The notes beneath the pieces were generated by a model that searched no databases, had not been told where the DNA came from, and worked only from the letters and a program-made list of their open reading frames with translations. From positions 320,001 to 384,000 of the forward strand of contig CAWAUM010000003.1 in assembly GCA_963785235.1 (NCBI GenBank): DNA of 64,000 nucleotides. Reading direction: 5' to 3'. Position numbers and translations under genes: made by a program. The DNA comes from an uncultured delta proteobacterium (GTDB lineage: Bacteria > Desulfobacterota > Desulfomonilia > UBA1062). Below are positions 20,103-30,427 of the stretch, in pieces. Numbering within the stretch: position 1 is the stretch's first letter; each line of letters opens with the position of its first letter.

Positions 20103-20882
20103 CTATACTTCCCGAGACTTTAGGCGCCAACCTATAAGCGTAAGGCCTGCCGCAACCATGATCATGCACAGAACCTGCCCCATGCTTAAAGGGCCGATAA
20201 CCAAACCGAGCTGGGGATCAGGCTCTCTGAAGAACTCCAGAAAAAACCGCATGATCCCGTAACAGGCAAGGAAAATACCGAAGAGTATCCCTTGGGTGTC
20301 TACCTTTCTGCTCACAAGATAGAGTATTATAAAAAGGAGCGCTCCCTCGGATAGTGCTTCATAAATCTGGGAAGGGTGTCTCGGCAATGGCCCTCCATTG
20401 GGGAATACCATGCCCCAGGGTACATTGGTAACCCTTCCATAGAGCTCGGCGTTGATAAAGTTACCGATACGACCGAAAAAAAGGCCCGGGGCTGCACCCA
20501 GCGCCCCGAAATCCGCCAGCATGAGAAACGCTTTTCTCCGGGATATGGAAAAGATCGCCCCGGTAATAATCAGCCCTATCAGGCCGCCATGGAATGACAT
20601 GCCGCCTTCCCAGACGGCGAAGATCTTGAAAGGATTGGAAAGGTAATATGCCGGGTTATAGAAAAGGCAGTACCCGATCCTTGCACCTAAAACAAGTCCG
20701 AGTATGCAGTAGGTGATGAGATCTTCAACATCCGTCTTTGTCATGGGGAGCTTCCTGCGACGGCAGACATCCATGATGACCACGTATGCGATGATGAAGC
20801 CGAATATATACATGAGGCCATACCATCTGAGCTGCAAAGGTCCGAGGTGGATGAGCACAGGATCAATCTGGGGATATCTCAT
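20103..20882 (-). CDS. lgt: Prolipoprotein diacylglyceryl transferase
   Basis: WYGLMY, GGMSFHGG, GRIGNFINAELYGR, RHPSQIYE; start uncertain (up to 20915). Confidence 0.97.
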   Translation of the reverse strand: MRYPQIDPVLIHLGPLQLRWYGLMYIFGFIIAYVVIMDVCRRRKLPMTKTDVEDLITYCILGLVLGARIGYCLFYNPAYYLSNPFKIFAVWEGGMSFHGGLIGLIITGAIFSISRRKAFLMLADFGALGAAPGLFFGRIGNFINAELYGRVTNVPWGMVFPNGGPLPRHPSQIYEALSEGALLFIILYLVSRKVDTQGILFGIFLACYGIMRFFLEFFREPDPQLGLVIGPLSMGQVLCMIMVAAGLTLIGWRLKSREV

Positions 20883-20943
20883 GGACTTGAGTGTTCTCAT
20901 ATCTTCCATACGCAAGTCAAGGATCTCGGTTTATTCAGGTCTT

Positions 20944-21126
20944 TTAATCCGGATTTTGCCTTCAAGATTCTGCCTTTAAGCTAAGTGAAAAGACTTAATC
21001 CGTTAAAAACCTCAATCTTGCAGCCACTGCGGGATGCTGAAATTTCTCGGTCCTTCATGGCTGCAAGATTGAGGTTTTTAACGGACCAGGTTTTTACACT
21101 TTTTTAAATACAAAATCCCGATTTGA
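20944..21126. repeat. Palindromic intergenic element (MITE/REP-like), copy A
   Basis: Perfect 28-bp arms 20999-21026 and 21058-21085; outer ends TTAATCCGGATTTTGC and ACAAAATCCCGATTTGA. Confidence 0.85.
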
Positions 21127-21240
21127 AGATCCCGGCAGGGTGGATTCATGAGCTATATGTCCAAGGACTAAACGATGTGAGACTTCCAGGATCTATCTTC
21201 CATAATTATTTATCTTTTTTAGATAATTCCTCATGCATCC

Positions 21241-21269
21241 TTGACTAAATCATGCTGAATTGCTATTGT
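21241..21269 (+). promoter_or_regulatory. sigma70 promoter of the carD operon
   Basis: TTGACT-N17-TATTGT with extended TGn. Confidence 0.6.
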
Positions 21270-21296
21270 TGTCAATACAGGAAAGGGATATTACTC

Positions 21297-21800
21297 ATGT
21301 TCAAAGTCGGAGATATAGTCGTATATCCAGCACACGGGGTTGCTGAAGTTGATTCTGTGGAGAGCAGGGATATATCGGGCAGCAGCATATCTTTCATCAT
21401 ACTGAAGGTCCTCGATACCCAGATGACTGTCATGGTCCCTGTTTCAAATGTTAATAATGTCGGAATCAGAGAACTCATAAAAACCAAGGGAATCGACCAG
21501 GTTATTGATATCCTGAAGCAAAGATCCGTACATGTGGATAACCAGACATGGAACCGCCGGTATCGCGAATATATGGAGAAGATCAAGAGCGGTTCTGCCT
21601 TTGAGATCGCCGAGGTACTCCGGGACCTCAATATCCTCAAGCGTGGCAAAGAGCTCTCGTTCGGCGAAAGAAAGATGTACGATACAGCCAAGAATCTTTT
21701 AGTCAACGAGATCTCCATATCCAAAAAAATTGACAAAAAAGATGCTGAGATAATGATTCTTTCCGCCATGGGAAAGATCGATGCGGCATCATCTTCCTAA
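21297..21800 (+). CDS. carD: CarD/CdnL transcription regulator
   Basis: FKVGDIVVYPAHGV, TWNRRYR, IAEVLRDL. Confidence 0.96.
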   Translation: MFKVGDIVVYPAHGVAEVDSVESRDISGSSISFIILKVLDTQMTVMVPVSNVNNVGIRELIKTKGIDQVIDILKQRSVHVDNQTWNRRYREYMEKIKSGSAFEIAEVLRDLNILKRGKELSFGERKMYDTAKNLLVNEISISKKIDKKDAEIMILSAMGKIDAASSS

Positions 21801-21818
21801 ATAGAATAGGATATTCAT

Positions 21819-22805
21819 ATGAAATGGTTGTTACGCATCCTTATCGCCCTGGTTGTCTTCTACGGTTCCTTCCAATATGCAGTTGAACAAATGGGAGGGG
21901 GGATCTGGTGCATCATTCTGCCTCTCATTGCAGAGACATGCCTATTTGCCATTTTCATAACCGAATCAAAAGGGTTCAGGCTCCACCCCATGGCCTATGC
22001 AGGCGGCCTTTTGGGGACTATCCTCGGCCTCATCATCGGCAGCCTTTTTGGATATGTACTTATCGGGCTCAATACGAGCGGAATCTATCTCTTCATCCTC
22101 ATCAACACCATGTTCGCCTATCTGGGCTACAATGTTGGTCTTGCATGGGGCTCTGAGATCGGCTCTATGCCCATATTCCATCAAAAGCTCAAGGGCGAGG
22201 GCACCAAGATGAAGATCCTCGATACAAGCGTTATCATCGACGGCAGGATCTCGGACATCTCTGATGCCGGCTTCATAGAAGGCACCCTGATCGCACCTCA
22301 GTTCATCCTGAATGAGCTCCAGCATATCGCCGATTCATCCGATCCGTTGAAGCGGGCGCGTGGAAGACGCGGGCTGGACATCCTCAACAAGCTCCAGAAG
22401 AGCCAGAACGCCAGGGTAGAAGTCATGGAGATCGACTTCCCCAAGATCAAGGAGGTTGATACCAAGCTCATCGCCTTGGCAAAGGAACTTGGCGCCGATA
22501 TCCTGACCAATGACTTCAACCTGAACAAGATAGCCCAGATCCAGGGCGTGAATGTACTGAACATCAATCAGCTTGCCAATGCGGTAAAACCCATTGTGCT
22601 GCCAGGCGAGAGCATGGCGGTATTGGTAACAAGGCAGGGCAAGGAGCGCGGCCAGGGCGTGGCGTACCTTGACGATGGGACCATGGTGGTTGTGGAGCAA
22701 GGGGAAGGCTTCATGAATCAGAGCATCGAGGTGGTTGTTACCTCCATCCTCCAAACCCCTGCAGGCAGGATGATCTTCGCAGCACCGAAAACCAATGGCT
22801 TTTAG
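21819..22805 (+). CDS. Membrane PIN/TRAM-domain protein (YacL-like)
   Basis: N-terminal TMs; LDTSVIIDGRI, RGRRGLDIL, TNDFNLNK, YLDDGTMVVVE. Confidence 0.92.
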   Translation: MKWLLRILIALVVFYGSFQYAVEQMGGGIWCIILPLIAETCLFAIFITESKGFRLHPMAYAGGLLGTILGLIIGSLFGYVLIGLNTSGIYLFILINTMFAYLGYNVGLAWGSEIGSMPIFHQKLKGEGTKMKILDTSVIIDGRISDISDAGFIEGTLIAPQFILNELQHIADSSDPLKRARGRRGLDILNKLQKSQNARVEVMEIDFPKIKEVDTKLIALAKELGADILTNDFNLNKIAQIQGVNVLNINQLANAVKPIVLPGESMAVLVTRQGKERGQGVAYLDDGTMVVVEQGEGFMNQSIEVVVTSILQTPAGRMIFAAPKTNGF

Positions 22806-23470
22806 CGCAGTTATCGTTGCAGGTGGCAGCGGAGCCCGGTTCGGCCTGAAAAAACAGTTTCTTGATCTTCTTGGAATTCCTGTCCTGAAAAGGACGGTAT
22901 CCTGCTTTGATGCCCATGCAGCTATTGACAAGCTCATTGTTGTTGTTCCCGAAGAAGATATGCCGCAAGCCCGGCAGATCCTCGCAGATACGCAGAAAGG
23001 ATCTCGTCATAACAAAGGGCGGCAGGACCAGACAGGAATCGGTTATGAACGGATTACGATGCGCCCATGAAAGCCCGAACGTACTCATCCATGACGGGGT
23101 AAGGCCCTTTATATCATCTGACCTTATTGACCGGGTGATTGCCGGCCTGGAAGGCGTCGACGGGTGCATCCCCGCCCTTGAGGTAACCGATACCCTCAAA
23201 GAGGTGCATGACGGCATGGTAAGAAAAACCATACCACGCAGCAACCTCTACCAGATACAGACACCCCAGGCCTTTGTGACGAAAACTCTCATGTCGGCCC
23301 ATGAAAGATCGCCCGGTGGCGGCCTGTTCACCGATGACAGCGCATTGTTAGAGGCTTCAGGAAAGACCGTAAGGATTGTTGAGGGTGATCCTTACAATGT
23401 GAAGATAACCTTCAGGGATGATATCGTTTTGGCGGAGGCTATTTTAAGATGCCGTACAGGGTTGGAATAG
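22795..23470 (+). CDS. ispD: 2-C-methyl-D-erythritol 4-phosphate cytidylyltransferase (indel near 22996)
   Basis: AGGSGARFG..KQF, then GGRTRQESV, IHDGVRPF, QTPQAF, NVKIT in the shifted frame. Confidence 0.93.
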
Positions 23471-23928
23471 GGTTTGACATTCATAGACTGGTCGAGGACA
23501 GGCCACTGATCCTCGGGGGGGTGACCATCCCTTACCCTAAAGGTCTGCTGGGCCATTCCGATGGAGACGTGATTATCCATGCTCTGTGCGATGCCATCTT
23601 AGGCGCCGCCAGCCAGGCGGACATCGGCGAGTTGTACCCGGACACCTCAAAGGAAACCGAAGGCATGAACTCACTGAACATGCTTCACGAAATCCTGGAT
23701 ACGATCATCAGCGATTATGAACTTGGCAACATCGACATCAATTGCATCTGCGAAAAGCCGAAGCTCTCCGGTTATCGATCAGAGATGATAAATACCATCG
23801 CATCAGTAACCGGGCTCGACCCATCTGCCGTTTCAATAAAATTCCGCACCCACGAGGGCCTTGGCGAGATCGGTGCAGGCCATGCCATTGCCGCTCAGGC
23901 TGTGGTCCTGCTGAAGAAGCGAGATTAA
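23449..23928 (+). CDS. ispF: 2-C-methyl-D-erythritol 2,4-cyclodiphosphate synthase
   Basis: GFDIHRL, GHSDGDV..HA..DA. Confidence 0.96.
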   Translation: MPYRVGIGFDIHRLVEDRPLILGGVTIPYPKGLLGHSDGDVIIHALCDAILGAASQADIGELYPDTSKETEGMNSLNMLHEILDTIISDYELGNIDINCICEKPKLSGYRSEMINTIASVTGLDPSAVSIKFRTHEGLGEIGAGHAIAAQAVVLLKKRD

Positions 23929-23944
23929 CACCTAAGGAGAATCC

Positions 23945-25378
23945 ATGGAACTGAACATATTCAACACACCCTTCAAGAAGAAAAGGCCCTTTGAACCGTT
24001 GAAAGGCAACAAGGTCGGCATGTATGTATGCGGGGTCACCGTCTATGACATGTGCCATATCGGCCATGCCCGCTCTTTGATCATCTTCGACGTCATCTCC
24101 CGTTATCTCAGGAGAAAGGGCTATGAACTGACCTATGTGAGGAACTTCACGGACATCGATGACAAGATAATCGCCAGGGCCAATACGCTTGGAACATCTT
24201 ACCGCGAGATAGCGGACCGATACATCGACGAGTTCAAGACCGACATGGATACACTCAAGGTGAGGCCCGCGGATATCGAGCCCAAGGCCACGGACCACAT
24301 CAAGGATATCATCGAGCTGGTGCGCATCCTTGAAGACAAGGGGCTCGCATATAAGGCCGATGACGGCAGCGTGTATTTCAGCGTCTCAAATTTCAAGAAC
24401 TACGGAAGCCTCAGCGGGAGAAGGACCGAGGAGATGATTGCCGGGGCCCGGGTGGATATAGAGGAATTGAAAAAGGACCCGCTTGATTTTGCGTTATGGA
24501 AGCGGAGCAAGGAAGGCGAACCCTGGTGGGAAAGTCCCTGGTCCAAAGGCAGACCCGGCTGGCATATCGAGTGCTCGGCCATGAGCACCCGCTTTTTAGG
24601 CCCTACCCTTGACATCCACGGCGGCGGCAGAGACCTGATCTTCCCGCATCATGAGAATGAGATCGCCCAGTCCGAGGGGGCCTACGGGGTCCCCTTTGTG
24701 CGGCACTGGATACATAACGGCTTCGTTACGGTGGATGGGGAAAAGATGAGCAAGTCGCTGGGCAACTTCATTACCATCCGGGAGCTCACCAAGGATGTCC
24801 ATCCCGAGGTCTTGAGGCTGCTCCTCTTGTCCCACCATTACCGGAGCCCCATCGATTTTTCCCGGGATGCAGTGAATACCTCCAGACACGCACTGATACG
24901 CTTCTATGAGATGCTGGACAGGGTTACTCATAATACGGCAACAGGGAAGGATTCACGCCTTGAAGGACTTCTTGGCGCCTTCACAACAGGGCTCGATGAA
25001 GCCATGGCTGATGACTTCAATACGGCAAAGGCAATTGCCGGACTTCATGACCTTACCACGGAGATCAACCGTGCCCTGGACCAGGACTCCACGGTATCCC
25101 AGACTGACAGAGACGGGCTTGAAAAGATCGTACTTGAGATTAAAGATATTTTTGGGATCCTCACAGAAGAGCCTACAGCCTTCCTGGAGTCCATGAAGCG
25201 CGGCAGTGTTCACATCACCGGCCTTACTGAACACGAGATTGCCGGATTTATTGACCAGAGGAACCTGGCCAGGAAGGCACGCGACTTTAAAAAATCCGAT
25301 GAGATCAGAGATTTGCTCAAGGGCAAGGGCATTCAGCTCAAGGACACCCCGGAAGGCACGGTGTGGGAAAAGATCTGA
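23945..25378 (+). CDS. cysS: Cysteine--tRNA ligase
   Basis: CGVTVY..CHIGH, PGWHIECSAM, KMSKS. Confidence 0.98.
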   Translation: MELNIFNTPFKKKRPFEPLKGNKVGMYVCGVTVYDMCHIGHARSLIIFDVISRYLRRKGYELTYVRNFTDIDDKIIARANTLGTSYREIADRYIDEFKTDMDTLKVRPADIEPKATDHIKDIIELVRILEDKGLAYKADDGSVYFSVSNFKNYGSLSGRRTEEMIAGARVDIEELKKDPLDFALWKRSKEGEPWWESPWSKGRPGWHIECSAMSTRFLGPTLDIHGGGRDLIFPHHENEIAQSEGAYGVPFVRHWIHNGFVTVDGEKMSKSLGNFITIRELTKDVHPEVLRLLLLSHHYRSPIDFSRDAVNTSRHALIRFYEMLDRVTHNTATGKDSRLEGLLGAFTTGLDEAMADDFNTAKAIAGLHDLTTEINRALDQDSTVSQTDRDGLEKIVLEIKDIFGILTEEPTAFLESMKRGSVHITGLTEHEIAGFIDQRNLARKARDFKKSDEIRDLLKGKGIQLKDTPEGTVWEKI

Positions 25379-25402
25379 ACTTAAAACGGGCCCTCATGGA
25401 AT

Positions 25403-27397
25403 ATGGGTTATAAACTCGTCTCGCCCTTCAGCCCACAGGGTGACCAGCCTCAGGCCATCGATGCCCTCTGCGAGGGCATCGAGCACGGCATACGCGATCA
25501 GGTACTCCTGGGGGTAACCGGTTCGGGCAAGACCTTTACCATGGCCTGCGTTATCGAACGCACAAGAAGGCCTGCCCTTGTAATGGCGCCTAACAAAATC
25601 CTGGCGGCACAGCTTTACGGGGAATTCCGGGAGCTCTTCCCGGAAAATTCCGTAGAATACTTCATCAGCTACTATGATTATTACCAGCCCGAGGCCTATG
25701 TACCTTCAAGAGACCTGTACATAGAGAAGGACTCCTCCATCAACGAAGACATAGACAAGCTCAGGCACAGGGCTACCAGGGCCCTGTTCGAACAGCAGGA
25801 GTCCATCATCGTGGCCTCGGTTTCCTGCATCTACGGCCTGGGTTCGCCCGAGGCCTATCAGGGCATGCTCCTTTACCTGGAAGAAGGCCGCCCCATGGGC
25901 AGGGACGAGATCCTGAAGAAGCTCGTGGAGATTCAGTATGTGCGCAATGACCTTGATTTCCACCGCGGCACCTTCCGGGTTAGGGGTGATGTCATCGAGG
26001 TCTTCCCGGTTCATGAAGATGATACCGCACTGCGCATAGAGCTTTTCGGCGACGATATCGAAGCCCTGTGGCAGATCGACACGATCAGGAACAAGAAGAT
26101 CAAGCGGATAGGACACATTCCCATCTACCCCGCCTCCCATTATGTGACCCCGCGGTCAGTCCTGCTCAATGCCATTGATGCCATCAAGGAAGAGCTGAAA
26201 GAACGAGTGGCGTTCTATCAGGCGCACAACCGGCTCATAGAGGCGCAGCGGATCGAGGAGAGGACAAGGTACGACCTGGAAATGCTCATGGAGACGGGGA
26301 GCTGCAAGGGGATTGAGAACTATTCCAGGCACCTCACGGGCCGCAGCCAGGGTGATCCCCCCCCTACCCTCATGGACTATTTACCGAAAAACGCCATAGT
26401 GTTCCTGGATGAGTCGCATGTGGGAGTGCCCCAGCTCATCGGCATGTATCGCGGTGATCACTCCAGAAAGTCAACCCTGGTGGAATACGGATTCAGGTTG
26501 CCATCCGCCCTTGATAACAGACCTTTACGGTTTGATGAGTTCAACCGGATTGTCAACAGCATCGTCTATGTCTCCGCCACACCGGGTGACTACGAGATCA
26601 AACAGGCCAAGGGAAAGGTGGTGGAGCAGGTCGTGAGGCCCACAGGTCTGCTGGACCCTATCATAGATATCCGGCCCGCCACCGGCCAGGTGGATGATCT
26701 CTACCGCGAGATTGTCAAGACTGTTGACAAAGGGGGCCGTGTTCTCGTCACCACACTGACCAAGAGGATGTCAGAGGAGCTCGCTGAATATTTCCAGGGC
26801 CTTGATATCAAGGTGAAGTACATGCACTCGGATATCGACACCATTGAAAGGATCGAGATTATCAAGGGACTGAGGGAAGGCGTCTTTGATGTGCTGATCG
26901 GCATCAACCTCCTGAGGGAAGGGCTCGATCTGCCGGAGGTGACGCTTGTTGCCATCCTGGATGCCGACAAGGAAGGTTTTCTCAGGTCCACACGTTCACT
27001 TATCCAGACGGCAGGACGGGCGGCAAGGAACATCAAAGGCAAGGTCATCATGTATGCCGATAAAAAAACCGCATCCATAGAAAAGGCATACTCCGAAACC
27101 ACCAGGCGGAGGAAAAAACAGGAGCAGTATAATAAGGCGAATAACATCACACCCAAGAGCATCCAGAAAAACATCCGTGATATTCTTGCTTCCATTTATG
27201 AACGTGATTACCCTGACATCTCAGCTCAGATCAAGACATCCATGGGCACCATCGAGCTCAGGAAGGTAAAGGAGACGATTCATGACCTGGAAAAGAAGAT
27301 GATGAGGGCTGCCCAGGACCTGAGGTTTGAAGAGGCAGCCGAAATAAGGGATGAAGTGAAAAGGCTGAAAAGGATTCACCTGGCAGTGGAGGGTTGA
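25403..27397 (+). CDS. uvrB: Excinuclease ABC subunit B
   Basis: [37 protein letters not shown]-terminal UVR motif. Confidence 0.98.
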   Translation: MGYKLVSPFSPQGDQPQAIDALCEGIEHGIRDQVLLGVTGSGKTFTMACVIERTRRPALVMAPNKILAAQLYGEFRELFPENSVEYFISYYDYYQPEAYVPSRDLYIEKDSSINEDIDKLRHRATRALFEQQESIIVASVSCIYGLGSPEAYQGMLLYLEEGRPMGRDEILKKLVEIQYVRNDLDFHRGTFRVRGDVIEVFPVHEDDTALRIELFGDDIEALWQIDTIRNKKIKRIGHIPIYPASHYVTPRSVLLNAIDAIKEELKERVAFYQAHNRLIEAQRIEERTRYDLEMLMETGSCKGIENYSRHLTGRSQGDPPPTLMDYLPKNAIVFLDESHVGVPQLIGMYRGDHSRKSTLVEYGFRLPSALDNRPLRFDEFNRIVNSIVYVSATPGDYEIKQAKGKVVEQVVRPTGLLDPIIDIRPATGQVDDLYREIVKTVDKGGRVLVTTLTKRMSEELAEYFQGLDIKVKYMHSDIDTIERIEIIKGLREGVFDVLIGINLLREGLDLPEVTLVAILDADKEGFLRSTRSLIQTAGRAARNIKGKVIMYADKKTASIEKAYSETTRRRKKQEQYNKANNITPKSIQKNIRDILASIYERDYPDISAQIKTSMGTIELRKVKETIHDLEKKMMRAAQDLRFEEAAEIRDEVKRLKRIHLAVEG

Positions 27398-27400
27398 AAA

Positions 27401-28108
27401 GTGTTATCCGATCTTGAAGCCATGGGCTATCATATTCGCAAGGAAGACAGCCTCACCCTCATCTACAAACCTTTCCTGTCGGGGCTATGGGACATTGCCA
27501 AGACTAAAGGCCCAATGGGTGAAACCACGACAATGACGGGGAGATCCCCCCTGAGGTTCATCGAACCCGATATGGTGGTGCGCACCCTCATGCACGGGGG
27601 TATGTTCAGACATATCACCGGGAAGAGATTTTTACACCCGAACCGGACCATACGGGAACTTAAGGTAAGTGCATATCTTGCCGCACACGGCATACGCACC
27701 CCTGAGATCCTCGCTGTGAGGATTATAAAGGATGGGCTGTTTTATTCCATGGATGTGGTCTCCAGGTTCATCCCTGAATCCAAGGATCTGCTTATTCATT
27801 TTGAGGACAGCCATACAGACAACCTTGAGCTTATCAGAAAATCCGGATTGCTTATCAGAAAGATCCACGACCTTGGCGTGTATCATACAGACCTCCATAT
27901 TAAAAACCTCCTCCTGGATAATGCAGGAAATCTATGGGCGCTCGATCTCGACAAGGCATATCAATTCGAATCACTGCCTGAATTCATGAAACAGATGAAT
28001 CTGAAACGTTTTATGAGATCTATAATAAAATGGCAGACAAAAGGCCGCATTCATCTACCTGATGAATGGGCATCGAGCTTCCTGAGCGGGTATCATACTA
28101 TTACATAG
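27401..28108 (+). CDS. Kdo kinase-like lipopolysaccharide kinase (Kdo/WaaP family)
   Basis: HGGMF, YHTDLHIKNLL, LDLDK kinase motifs. Confidence 0.78.
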   Translation: MLSDLEAMGYHIRKEDSLTLIYKPFLSGLWDIAKTKGPMGETTTMTGRSPLRFIEPDMVVRTLMHGGMFRHITGKRFLHPNRTIRELKVSAYLAAHGIRTPEILAVRIIKDGLFYSMDVVSRFIPESKDLLIHFEDSHTDNLELIRKSGLLIRKIHDLGVYHTDLHIKNLLLDNAGNLWALDLDKAYQFESLPEFMKQMNLKRFMRSIIKWQTKGRIHLPDEWASSFLSGYHTIT

Positions 28109-28168
28109 TCAACATTGTTATACTATGCCCCAGGGCAAGATTACACACCCGGCCTGAGTAAAGTTTCA

Positions 28169-28400
28169 TCAAACCAGATTCTGTAATTGAATGTACCCTA
28201 GATACTCTATACACATCAAGTGACCTTAAGCATGAAAACTTATCGTGATCATGGACATGTTTTTTTAAAAACAGGTCCGTTCAAAACCTTAATCTTGCAG
28301 CCTGGAAGAACCGGGGAAATTAGCATCCCGCAAAGGCTGCAAGATTAAGGTTTTGAACGGATTAGGTTTTTACCCATCTTGTATGCAAGATCCGGGATAA
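28169..28400. repeat. Palindromic intergenic element, copy B (about 230 bp)
   Basis: Perfect 28-bp arms 28276-28303 and 28334-28361; ends TCAAACCAGATTCTGTAATTGAA and GCAAGATCCGGGATAA; aligns with the reverse complement of 41979-42186. Confidence 0.85.
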
Positions 28401-28406
28401 TTTGCC

Positions 28407-29135
28407 TCAGCTCTGCCCTGACAATGCCAGCATTGTGGTTCGTATATCACTCCTGAGGCGGTCCCGATCATCCATACGGTAGGCTGAGGCATCGATGGTT
28501 TCACCAATATTCACCACCACCTTCTGATTGAGATGGAACTCAAAACTATCCGGCTTGAGGATCTTTTCAGAACCCTGAATCCCCACCGGAATAATAACCG
28601 CACCCATCTGCAGGGCAAGCATAATCCCACCCTTTTTAAATTCTCCGAGTTTGCCGGTACGTGACCGTGTACCTTCCGGAGCAACCCAGAGTACTATTCC
28701 ACTCTCCATCATCTTCCGGGCTTCATCAAGATCCTTGAGCGCCTGCTCATGATGATGGCGGTCAATGGAGATGAATTCTGCAGCCTTCATCCCCCTTCCC
28801 CATATGGGGATCTTGAAAAGCTCTTTCTTGGTCAGCATACGGATACTGCCGGGCAGAGAGACAAAGATAAGGGGGATGTCGTAATGACTCCGATGGTTTG
28901 ACATGATTATATGGGGCCTGCCGGGTGTTATGGTAATATTATGAGGGTTCTTAACCTCCCATGAAGCATTCACCGCCTTGAGGAGAATCGTAGACCACCA
29001 TCTCAGGACATTGTCTGCGTGTGCCCTGTCATACGTATTGGTCAACCTCATATAGAGCCCATAGAGCGATATTGCCAAGGTTGGGGCAACGGATGTTGCC
29101 AGGATTAAAACCCTTTTCAGGAATGATGCCTTCAT
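28407..29135 (-). CDS. plsC: 1-acyl-sn-glycerol-3-phosphate acyltransferase
   Basis: NHRSHYD (HX4D), PEGTRS, FKKG. Confidence 0.9.
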   Translation of the reverse strand: MKASFLKRVLILATSVAPTLAISLYGLYMRLTNTYDRAHADNVLRWWSTILLKAVNASWEVKNPHNITITPGRPHIIMSNHRSHYDIPLIFVSLPGSIRMLTKKELFKIPIWGRGMKAAEFISIDRHHHEQALKDLDEARKMMESGIVLWVAPEGTRSRTGKLGEFKKGGIMLALQMGAVIIPVGIQGSEKILKPDSFEFHLNQKVVVNIGETIDASAYRMDDRDRLRSDIRTTMLALSGQS

Positions 29136-29237
29136 GACTGGATAGCTCCCCTTTTACCTAAGATGACAACTCATTTTAATACCAAGCCTGTAATATAATC
29201 AATTAACCTTTTGCAGGGGTGCAGGTATCGAGTTGAA

Positions 29238-29630
29238 TTAGTGCTTCCCCTTTTTTTTCTCCTTCATCTTCTTCTGAACAAATTCGTGTTCTTTTCGCAG
29301 GTGATCCACCAGGTCACTGAACCTCCAGGCAATATTCTCCCGGGTTACCATGGCAAAGATAGGCTGAAAGAGACCGGCCTTCTTTACCTCATTCATAATC
29401 TTATGGATGATTTGTGCCGGGACATTGAAAAAAAGCAGGATCTTCTCGTCTGGCTCAAGGGGCTCATCTCCCCTCCTTTCAGAAAAGAGAATCTCATGGA
29501 CCAGGAGATGGCCCTGGTCAGGTTCAATAAGCATTGTTTGAGGTGCAGAGAGCCCCTGAAGAAACTGCTCGAACTTGTCCTTTTCGTCGTTATTGAATCC
29601 CCAGAATAGTATTTTCGGGCTCGGGTCCAT
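29238..29630 (-). CDS. DUF3783-like hypothetical protein
   Basis: FAMVTRENIAWRFSDLVDHLRKEHE C-terminal motif; GGAG RBS. Confidence 0.7.
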   Translation of the reverse strand: MDPSPKILFWGFNNDEKDKFEQFLQGLSAPQTMLIEPDQGHLLVHEILFSERRGDEPLEPDEKILLFFNVPAQIIHKIMNEVKKAGLFQPIFAMVTRENIAWRFSDLVDHLRKEHEFVQKKMKEKKKGKH

Positions 29631-29840
29631 ATTATCTCCTCAATGAATTAAGCTTGCATTATGATCTTATGTTTTCGGACTGATATATTTTTGTATAATA
29701 GCATGAGGGGATGTCATTGGTACATCCCCTCTTTTCATTATTACATGATTGAAATCACAATGAACACGGAATTGACTTTACTAATGTAATTTTTTCGTTA
29801 TACCGATAGACGAATATATCACTTCAGGAGGGTACCGCAG

Positions 29841-30128
29841 ATGAGATGCCCGAAATGTGGCTATATCAGTTACGATTACTTAGACCGTTGCAAGAGCTGC
29901 GGGGAAGACCTTATCCCTTCCAAGATAAAACTCAACATCTATACGAAGCAACCGGAAATAGAAATCAGCGATGAAGGCTTTGCCATAGACAAGGTAGAAG
30001 AAGATCGCAAGGATCTGCTCGGCCAGGAATCACCCCGAAAAAGCAAGGATGTCTCGATGGATGACGTGCTCAAAGAAGAGGGTGAAACCCTGGAAAGTTT
30101 TGACTTCGGCGAAGACGAAAAGTCTTGA
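29841..30128 (+). CDS. Zinc-ribbon protein with acidic tail
   Basis: MRCPKCGYIS...CKSCG; AGGAGG RBS. Confidence 0.75.
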   Translation: MRCPKCGYISYDYLDRCKSCGEDLIPSKIKLNIYTKQPEIEISDEGFAIDKVEEDRKDLLGQESPRKSKDVSMDDVLKEEGETLESFDFGEDEKS

Positions 30129-30164
30129 CAAGGCCCCCCAAATTCAATACACAACCCTACGGTT

Positions 30165-30237
<73 letters not shown>

Positions 30238-30427
30238 TCAGTCGTACCCTTTCCTAAAATTACCAATCCTCGATAAAATTTTCATAATTCAATTGTAAAA
30301 TCTGTTTTTCATAGCTGTATTTCCTGACCCCACGTCTCCATACGAGCTGACAACCCTTTTGACTTTTTGCGAGTTCATAAGTAAAAGAACATAAATTCAA
30401 GTTATAAATGTGCTTTAGGGAGAAGAC

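Noticed and set aside
20999-21085. Palindromic elements as CRISPR repeats or integron attC sites
   Set aside because: Dispersed kilobases apart, loops are homologous rather than unique spacers, no cas or intI gene, and no consistent RYYYAAC/GTTRRRY cassette layout.
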